Assembly (NCBI GenBank): GCA_039809245.1
Contig: JBDHUP010000002.1
Coordinates: 11,188-75,187, forward strand
Direction: 5' to 3'
Source: Minisyncoccia bacterium
GTDB lineage: Bacteria > Patescibacteriota > Minisyncoccia > Phycocordibacterales > UBA9973
DNA length: 64,000 nucleotides
Shown piece after piece: positions 57,491-64,000 of this stretch (position 1 is the stretch's first letter; every line of letters starts with the position of its first letter). The position numbers were made by a program, and so were the translations under genes. The notes beneath the pieces were generated by a model. The model had not been told where the DNA came from. It made no database searches and saw only the letters and a list, made by a program, of their open reading frames with translations.

Positions 57491-57695
57491 AAGGTAGTTT
57501 ACATAAGACTTTTACATTCACCCCAATGATAGAGGGTTCATATTTAGGAAGATTTTATGTAGATGGGATAGTTAGTGTGATTTGTGTTAAATATTAAGTA
57601 ACGCAATTGCAACCAGTTCTTTATCTAAAAGCTCAAAAGGCTTAGGAGCCTGTTCTCGAGAGATCGAGGCTAGACTCCTAAGCCTTTTCTTTTTG
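57491..57695 (+). ncRNA. Candidate ~200-nt small RNA between a strong promoter and a rho-independent terminator
   Basis: Promoter at 57455-57484; 12-bp-stem hairpin (aaggcttaggag...ctcctaagcctt) plus T-run at 57637-57695; no plus-strand ORF. Confidence 0.3.
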
Positions 57696-57715
57696 TCTGT
57701 CTGCGCAGGCAGGTC

Positions 57716-58348
57716 TTATTTAGATAAAGAGGAAAGGATGAACTGCTCAAGCCCAATAGTAAAATCGAGCTCCCCCCTGTGGGCTCTGTGGTATAGAGAG
57801 ACAATCGCACTCGATTGACTCTTCAACTCATCTTTCGTAAACGAACGGCTACCGCCGATAATCATCGACTTAATCTTCCAGAATATAAGTCCAGAGATTG
57901 CTTCTGGCTGAACTCCCTTCTCTATCTGCTCACAATATAGTATCCAAGTACCAACCTTATCCCTCTTGGCAAACGAATCCACAATAGCGAAAGTGTTCGG
58001 CTTTGGTTGCTCCCTCTTCTTCTCCTCGAAGCGTTCCGCTTCACCGTACTTTTTATACTTCTTCTCATCTACGGCTTTGAGAGCATCCTCGATAAATATA
58101 AACATAGAGTCGGACTCTTGGAGTAGGCCGAGGTCTTTCGTTGAGAGTTCGACTAGTCCTTCCCCTAGGACATTATCGACTTGAATTACTGGTGAACCAC
58201 CGAAAAGGTTCTGACTTCCGGAATACTCGATGAGCTTTTCTCTAGAAGTCTCTGACTGAGGAAGCTTAATAACTTCGCGACCTTTTGTGATCGACTTTGT
58301 ATAGTCACTTCTTTTTTTGATATCGTTACCGACTAGAATATAAATCAT
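57716..58348 (-). CDS. Possible DNA polymerase III delta-subunit-like protein (N-terminal portion)
   Basis: Weak resemblance only; 210 aa. Confidence 0.25.
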   Translation of the reverse strand: MIYILVGNDIKKRSDYTKSITKGREVIKLPQSETSREKLIEYSGSQNLFGGSPVIQVDNVLGEGLVELSTKDLGLLQESDSMFIFIEDALKAVDEKKYKKYGEAERFEEKKREQPKPNTFAIVDSFAKRDKVGTWILYCEQIEKGVQPEAISGLIFWKIKSMIIGGSRSFTKDELKSQSSAIVSLYHRAHRGELDFTIGLEQFILSSLSK

Positions 58349-58845
58349 AACCAGCTACCAACTTTCTTTTTGTAATCTAAATAGACTTGACCGTACTTCT
58401 TCTCGAGCAACTTCTCTTCTTCTCTTAGAAAGATTAGCTTCGTTATGATTGAAGCGATTAGTAAAAATACAAAAGTGAAGAATGAGTTTAGTATTATCGC
58501 AAGACCTAGAGTCATAATAGTAAGCCCGATGTGTGTCGGATTGCGACTATACTTGTATGGACCACGTTCGAAATCTTTCTCGGTTCTGTTTAATCCAGTC
58601 TGCTTCTGCACACGAGCTGAGGTTGCTTGTGACCAGTAGATAAGTAGTGAACCCAAGATAATCATCGCAAAACCTACATAAGGGAAAAATGTCGCAGAAA
58701 AAAGATAAACATTAAAAGCACTATGGAAAATAGCTCCTAGAATAACAGCGATAAAGAACATAAAGTATGAATGCGAAAGGACGAAATGGACCATGCCATA
58801 CTTGAAACTTTCATTTTTATGAAACTCGTCTAGGTCTTCTTCCAT
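58345..58845 (-). CDS. Isoprenylcysteine carboxyl / phospholipid methyltransferase-family membrane protein
   Basis: C-terminal GPYKYSRNPTHIG motif typical of ICMT/PEMT. Confidence 0.6.
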   Translation of the reverse strand: MEEDLDEFHKNESFKYGMVHFVLSHSYFMFFIAVILGAIFHSAFNVYLFSATFFPYVGFAMIILGSLLIYWSQATSARVQKQTGLNRTEKDFERGPYKYSRNPTHIGLTIMTLGLAIILNSFFTFVFLLIASIITKLIFLREEEKLLEKKYGQVYLDYKKKVGSWL

Positions 58846-58880
58846 ATAATATATCCTATCACTATTACAACTTTTTGCTA

Positions 58881-61289
58881 CTATTTCAAGGCTTCCCAGT
58901 TCGCCCCTACTCCAGAGGATACTAGTAGTGGTACAGGGTCTAAATTCTTTAGAAACTCAGGAGGTATAGCGTTCTTCATCGCATTCTCTATTATCTTCAT
59001 AGCTTCGTCTTTAACATCTTCCTTTATTTCATAGACGAGTTCATCGTGGACTTGTAGTAGTAGCCTTGCTTTATCTAAGATGCCAGCTTTCTCTAAGTCG
59101 TCATGAGCTTTCCTCATGCCTATTTTGATAATGTCGGCTGTAGCTGTACCTTGGATGGGAGCATTTGTTGCCATACGCTCAGCCATCGCTCGCATAAAAG
59201 GTAGTGGTGACTTAATCGCTGGAAAATATCTTTTGCGTCCGAATAGTGTCACTGTGTAGCCGTGCTCTTTAGCGAAAGTTTTAATACTCTCTAGATATGC
59301 AGCTATTGTCGGGAACTGAGCAAAGTAATTATCATAGAAAATTTGTGCTTCTTTACGATCAGTCCCAAGATTAGTCTTCAGTGCATTCACTCCCATCCCA
59401 TAGAGTATGCCGAAGTTGATGACTTTTGCCCTACGACGCATATCGGCTGTAACATCTTTCTCGGCCACACCAAAAACTTTCATAGCTACGGCCGTATGAA
59501 TATCTTTGCCATCTTTGAATACTTGAATGAAGTATGAATCCTGTGACAGAAGTGCGGCAACTCGAAGCTCGATCTGAGAGTAATCGAATGAAGCAAGAAC
59601 GTATCCATCTTCAGCGATAAATGCATTGCGGATATTCTTACCTTTCTCTGTCTTGATAGGAATATTCTGAAGGTTCGGATTAGCCGCAGAGAATCGCCCA
59701 GTCGTACTACCGGCTTGGATGAAGTGAGCATGAAGTCGCCCATCTTTACCGACATACTCTGGAATTGTATCTATATATGTAGATAGTAGTTTTTGTAGTT
59801 CTCGATATTTCAGGATCTCATCGATAACTGGGTGTAGGTCGCGAATCTTCTCGAGCTCACTCTCACGAGTTGATCGTGCCCCACCGGCACTCTTCTTCAT
59901 CCCCTTTACTGAAAGGCCAAGCTCATCGAAAAGGACTTCACCAAGCTGTTTAGGTGAGTTGATATTGAACTCACGGCCGGAATGCTTCCATATACTCTTC
60001 TCGATCTTTGAAAGTTCAGAATGGTACTCTTTAGAAAGCTTATTTAAATATTTGGTATCTACCTTGATCCCGACTTTCTCCATTCCTTCTATGATAGGTA
60101 TTAAAGGTATTTCGATTTGTTTGTAGACATAACCAAGGTTCTCTTTATCTATGTCGGCTTCGAGCTTTCTGAAGGCTTCGTCTAGTGAGCTACTCCCTTT
60201 GTAGTTGATAATGTCGTCTAGGCTTGGATCTGTCTGTTCTGAGTCGAGTAACCAGAATGCGACTTTGGCTTTAGCGATTTTCTCTTTATCGGCTTCACTA
60301 TAACTTTCTTCTTTTTTCTGGTCAGCAACTTTCTGATCTTCATTTGAAATAACTTCCACTTCTTCACAACTAACCACGGCTAGGAATCTGTTCTGCAAAC
60401 TTTTGAATTCCATTGTACGGAAGAATTGAGCGACACTTTCTTTAGCAACTGTTTCTTTCCAAGTTTTCCTTGGTAATTCGAATTTTATCGGCGCATCACG
60501 ACGAATGGTCGCTAAGGTTTTCGAAAACAGAGCTTCGTCTTCACCATCTTTCAAAAGATTAAAAACTCGCTCTGTTATGCCAAGAGCCCGAACTTTATCT
60601 GGGCTCTTCTTTATAGCTTGATACATCTTCTCGATTGTTCCGTACTCGCTTATGAGAGTTGTCGCTGTTTTCTCACCTATGCCTTTGATACCTATAATAT
60701 TATCAGAAGGATCACCACGAAGACCTTTATAATCTGGCAAATATTTTGGTTCGAAATTAAATCTCTCTTTTACTTTTTCTTCATTGTATAAAATGGTATC
60801 GTTGATTCCTTTCTTTAATGTATAGACTCGGACTTTATCATCATCGACAAGCTGGAGTGTATCCATATCACCTGAAGCGACAATGACGTCGAGTTTTTTA
60901 TCCTTTTTTGTCTGCTCGGTAATAGTTCCAAGCAAATCATCCGCTTCGAAACCTTCGTATTCATACATCGGCACTGACAATGCAGTAAAAAATTCTCGAG
61001 AACGAATAAGTTGGGCCACCAGAGCATCATCTGTTTTCGCGCGACCGGCTTTGTAATCAACATAGGCTTCGTGGCGAAAAGTTTTCTTTGGTAGATCGTA
61101 GCAAGCTACTATATAGTCAGGCTTGAGCTCAGTAATAATCTTAAAAAGCATAGTAGCCAAACCATAAATAGCCCCAGTCGGCTCGCCTTTACTGTTCATG
61201 AATTCAGGTAAGGCATGATAAGCACGATGTATAATCGCGTGAGTATCGAGCAAAACCAGCCTTTTATTTGTAGTCTTTTCCTTCGCCAT
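58881..61289 (-). CDS. polA: DNA polymerase I (5'-3' exonuclease plus family A polymerase)
   Basis: Motif A DYSQIELR, motif B KVINFGILYGMG, motif C QVHDELV; start at the internal MAKEKTT. Confidence 0.9.
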   Translation of the reverse strand: MAKEKTTNKRLVLLDTHAIIHRAYHALPEFMNSKGEPTGAIYGLATMLFKIITELKPDYIVACYDLPKKTFRHEAYVDYKAGRAKTDDALVAQLIRSREFFTALSVPMYEYEGFEADDLLGTITEQTKKDKKLDVIVASGDMDTLQLVDDDKVRVYTLKKGINDTILYNEEKVKERFNFEPKYLPDYKGLRGDPSDNIIGIKGIGEKTATTLISEYGTIEKMYQAIKKSPDKVRALGITERVFNLLKDGEDEALFSKTLATIRRDAPIKFELPRKTWKETVAKESVAQFFRTMEFKSLQNRFLAVVSCEEVEVISNEDQKVADQKKEESYSEADKEKIAKAKVAFWLLDSEQTDPSLDDIINYKGSSSLDEAFRKLEADIDKENLGYVYKQIEIPLIPIIEGMEKVGIKVDTKYLNKLSKEYHSELSKIEKSIWKHSGREFNINSPKQLGEVLFDELGLSVKGMKKSAGGARSTRESELEKIRDLHPVIDEILKYRELQKLLSTYIDTIPEYVGKDGRLHAHFIQAGSTTGRFSAANPNLQNIPIKTEKGKNIRNAFIAEDGYVLASFDYSQIELRVAALLSQDSYFIQVFKDGKDIHTAVAMKVFGVAEKDVTADMRRRAKVINFGILYGMGVNALKTNLGTDRKEAQIFYDNYFAQFPTIAAYLESIKTFAKEHGYTVTLFGRKRYFPAIKSPLPFMRAMAERMATNAPIQGTATADIIKIGMRKAHDDLEKAGILDKARLLLQVHDELVYEIKEDVKDEAMKIIENAMKNAIPPEFLKNLDPVPLLVSSGVGANWEALK

Positions 61290-61344
61290 ATACCAATTAT
61301 AGCATTTTGAGATAGAAAAAAATGAGTGCATTCCTGCACCCATT

Positions 61345-62259
61345 TTATACACCTAATGAATTTCTTAATTTAAGATCCATTACCTCCCATACTCTTTTTT
61401 TAAAACCTTCGACCTCTTCGTCAGGAAAAATAGTCATAGGCTCCAGCCAATAAATACAAATTGTTCTTGGTGAATACCACCATTGGCCACTTCTTGGTTT
61501 AAATAGAAATGTCCACGATAATACCACTGGTTGAATTGGCTTTCCTGTTAATTTAGATAAAGCAAATGCTCCATCCTCAAACGGTAAAAGGTATTGATCT
61601 TCATCTTTGTCTGCAGGAAGCCTTCGTCCTTCTGGATAAATAAGAATATTAAAACCATTTTTAATTTCGGTTATTATATTTCTAAAAACCATCTTACGAG
61701 ACTTTTCATCCTTCCTGTCTATCGGAACTCCAATAAACTTTAGAAAAAATGAAGCGAGAAAGATTCTTTTCACCTCTGAAGCATAGACAACCTTCCATTT
61801 AAACCAAACCATTATGACAGAGTTGAGTGCATCATCTACCCAGGAACAATGATTAGAAACGACAATGACTTGTTCTTTAGACATTTCCCCGTCAAAGTCG
61901 AGTCGGACGCCTAAAATAAAAAGTATTACTATTGATATAGTCCACATGACTTTATAAATAATATTTTTAATGGGTAGAGAAACTATTAAGATCCCAGTAA
62001 TCCCAAGAAAAATAAATACCGGCACAGATATAATCCATGTTATTACGGTCGTTATCTTATCAAAAGTCTTACTTGGTTTAAATACAAAGAAATCTTTAGA
62101 TCTTAAAACTATGTAAAAAAACATTAGTGCGTAATACACATAAACAGTTGTGTATATAGTGTGGTGCCGAATTATAAAATAAGGCAATGCTATTGTTAAA
62201 ATAGCTAGAATTATTGAGGGTATAAGCCATGCCCTCAACTTCCACATTCTTTTTTGCAT
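61345..62259 (-). CDS. plsC: 1-acyl-sn-glycerol-3-phosphate acyltransferase-like (PlsC family) with N-terminal TM extension
   Basis: NHCSWVDD (HX4D) and PEGRR motifs. Confidence 0.65.
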   Translation of the reverse strand: MQKRMWKLRAWLIPSIILAILTIALPYFIIRHHTIYTTVYVYYALMFFYIVLRSKDFFVFKPSKTFDKITTVITWIISVPVFIFLGITGILIVSLPIKNIIYKVMWTISIVILFILGVRLDFDGEMSKEQVIVVSNHCSWVDDALNSVIMVWFKWKVVYASEVKRIFLASFFLKFIGVPIDRKDEKSRKMVFRNIITEIKNGFNILIYPEGRRLPADKDEDQYLLPFEDGAFALSKLTGKPIQPVVLSWTFLFKPRSGQWWYSPRTICIYWLEPMTIFPDEEVEGFKKRVWEVMDLKLRNSLGV

Positions 62260-62332
62260 AACTTATACTTTTAGGGTTTAACAAAATTGTTTATTTGAAC
62301 CCAATACTACCACACATCGACAGAAAAACAAC

Positions 62333-62758
62333 CTAGAATTCTATTTCGCGAGTATCACCATCTATATGTGAGATTTTGACAGTGAGTGCATCTTTAGGAA
62401 TACAATCTGGCACATTCTCTGGCCATTCTATTATTATGAGGTTATTTTTATCTTCTAAGATTTCTTGCCATCCAAGCTTCATTAATTCTTCACTCTTTTC
62501 TAATCGATAAGCATCAATATGTATTAAATATTTAAATTTTTCATCTGTCACCTCGTACTTTTTCATTATCACGAATGTTGGTGAGATTATATTTTCTTTC
62601 ACTTTAAGTTGCCTAGCTATTTCTTGAGTAAGAGTTGTCTTCCCTGCTCCAAGTTCACCACTAAGAGAAATAACAGTGGCGTTAGTTAAATCTAACTCCC
62701 GAGCCTTCTCTAATATAGAGGCTGTCACCTGTGGTACTGTGTCGCGTGTCATTTTCAT
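62333..62758 (-). CDS. tsaE: tRNA t6A biosynthesis ATPase TsaE
   Basis: P-loop GELGAGKTT. Confidence 0.8.
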   Translation of the reverse strand: MKMTRDTVPQVTASILEKARELDLTNATVISLSGELGAGKTTLTQEIARQLKVKENIISPTFVIMKKYEVTDEKFKYLIHIDAYRLEKSEELMKLGWQEILEDKNNLIIIEWPENVPDCIPKDALTVKISHIDGDTREIEF

Positions 62759-62775
62759 ATGGATATCTTAACACA

Positions 62776-62805
62776 AAACACCCCACATTTTACGTGGGGT
62801 GTTTT
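62776..62805 (-). terminator. Hairpin aacaccccac...gtggggtgtt plus T-run
   Basis: Seen in sequence. Confidence 0.55.
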
Positions 62806-62817
62806 GATTAGAAGATA

Positions 62818-64000
62818 TTAGTAGTGTGTAGTTGTTGTACTTGATCCACCTGGGACTGTAGTATGAACTACTTTACTGCCATAGTATCTGCGAGTTAGTA
62901 ATATGATTAGCAATATTAGTATAAGGATTAGTAACCAACCTATAAGACCAATACTTGCTAGACCTGACCAGAATGCAGAGGCTCCTAGAACATTTCCAAG
63001 GTCTCTTGGATTGTTCAGTACATAGGCAATTGCGTTTTCTTGCGCACCACTTGGACTTGTATATACGAGAACCGCTGTTGTTACGATTTGCGCAACACCT
63101 GATGTTATAGCATCAACACGGCCTTGTAAGTACACAACACCTTCAGCGTTTGGAAGTAGATCTTCAAGAGGTACAGTTAATGTATTTGTATCTGTTGAAT
63201 ATGTTCCACGTGAAGAATTTATAAGAGTAATACCTTTTGGAACTATAACCTGAAGAACTGGTTTAGTAAGAGTTTTCTTGCCGATGTTCTTGTAAGTTAC
63301 AGTGTAGTCAACGATATCACCAAGACCAATGTACTGGTAACGATCTTCGATCTTAAGCATTATTGGAGATTCAGTACCAACGACAGTTGTACCCTGAACA
63401 ATGACTTGTCTTACAGTATTTACAACTGTTCCTTGTGTCTGGAAGACTTCAAGTTTACCGTATGATAGACCACCTGAACATTGTGATACGAAACGGTAGA
63501 AGTATGAAGTGTTCGGAGATAGACCTGTAACTATGTCACTGAATGTTCCACTTGCTGTACGAGCAACTGTCCTTGAACCTAGGTTAACAGTCGTACCATA
63601 TTCGAAATATGAAGCACCTGTAGAACCTGTAAGTAATCCGTTTAAGGTTGCAGAGTTCTGAGTTACATTTGTTGCAACTGTTGTAACAGCACAAGCATTG
63701 TAAACTGGAGGTGTAATTATTGTAGGGTTAACCACTACATATACAGTACGAGTTTGTGTACCACCTGAACTACCGTATGCAGTTAGAGTATATTGAGCAT
63801 TGTTTGAAGGATAGATTATTTGAGAACTACTGTATACATTACTTGAGATACCAGGACCATAAACACTTACTGATGTACAACCATATGTACTCCAAGAAAG
63901 ATTTAGCGCTCCACCTTGCTGGATTGTAGTAGAGGTAGAACCGTTAGCTGTGAAGTTTGAAATTGTACAGTAAGATTGATTGTTGTTATCTACATTTACG
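62818..64000 (-). CDS. Cell-surface protein, C-terminal part (repeated beta-rich domains, C-terminal TM anchor); ORF stays open to the window end
   Basis: Own translation upstream of 63735 stays open (…GGTQTRTVYVVVNPTIITPP…); C-terminal hydrophobic anchor followed by RRYYG. Confidence 0.45.
   Translation of the reverse strand, partial: VNVDNNNQSYCTISNFTANGSTSTTIQQGGALNLSWSTYGCTSVSVYGPGISSNVYSSSQIIYPSNNAQYTLTAYGSSGGTQTRTVYVVVNPTIITPPVYNACAVTTVATNVTQNSATLNGLLTGSTGASYFEYGTTVNLGSRTVARTASGTFSDIVTGLSPNTSYFYRFVSQCSGGLSYGKLEVFQTQGTVVNTVRQVIVQGTTVVGTESPIMLKIEDRYQYIGLGDIVDYTVTYKNIGKKTLTKPVLQVIVPKGITLINSSRGTYSTDTNTLTVPLEDLLPNAEGVVYLQGRVDAITSGVAQIVTTAVLVYTSPSGAQENAIAYVLNNPRDLGNVLGASAFWSGLASIGLIGWLLILILILLIILLTRRYYGSKVVHTTVPGGSSTTTTHY

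Noticed and set aside
1-64000. CRISPR array or cas genes
   Set aside because: I looked for regularly spaced direct repeats and found none; no Cas-like proteins are present.

Overview
AT-rich bacterial chromosomal segment with compact, mostly minus-strand gene organisation. The composition and gene content (dispersed single tRNA genes, type IV pilus PilMNO, many small membrane proteins) are reminiscent of a small-genome, possibly Patescibacteria-like organism; this is inference only. Most of the window is ordinary housekeeping or envelope genes: class I ribonucleotide reductase nrdAB, MFS transporter, MscL, a P2-type ATPase, a CcdA-thioredoxin fusion, VKOR, MsrA, rplS, RluA, PilM/N/O, DedA, RuvX, RuvA, Fpg, rpsT, PolA, PlsC, TsaE, and a copper-resistance cluster csoR-copA-HMA/membrane-cupredoxin. 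Seven tRNA genes are readable: His-GTG, Leu-GAG, Val-TAC, Arg-TCT, Ser-TGA, Arg-GCG, Lys-TTT. The outstanding region is a ~18.5 kb island inserted at the 3' end of tRNA-Ser(TGA), from 23414 to 41919, bounded by an exact 16-bp direct repeat of the tRNA 3' end. It carries two convergent, overlapping paralogous large serine recombinases. It carries a tightly packed six-gene Type I restriction-modification operon in which a UvrD-like SF1 helicase sits between hsdM and hsdS, a PIN-like protein sits between hsdS and hsdR, and a DUF45 metallohydrolase follows hsdR. It also carries a phage-derived module (terminase small and large subunits, two DNA methyltransferases of which one is fused to ParB, an HNH protein, a sigma-region-4-like protein) with no structural genes. 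The helicase plus PIN pair embedded in the R-M operon is my best candidate for an undescribed defence module. All functional calls come from reading motifs in the translations; no database search was run.
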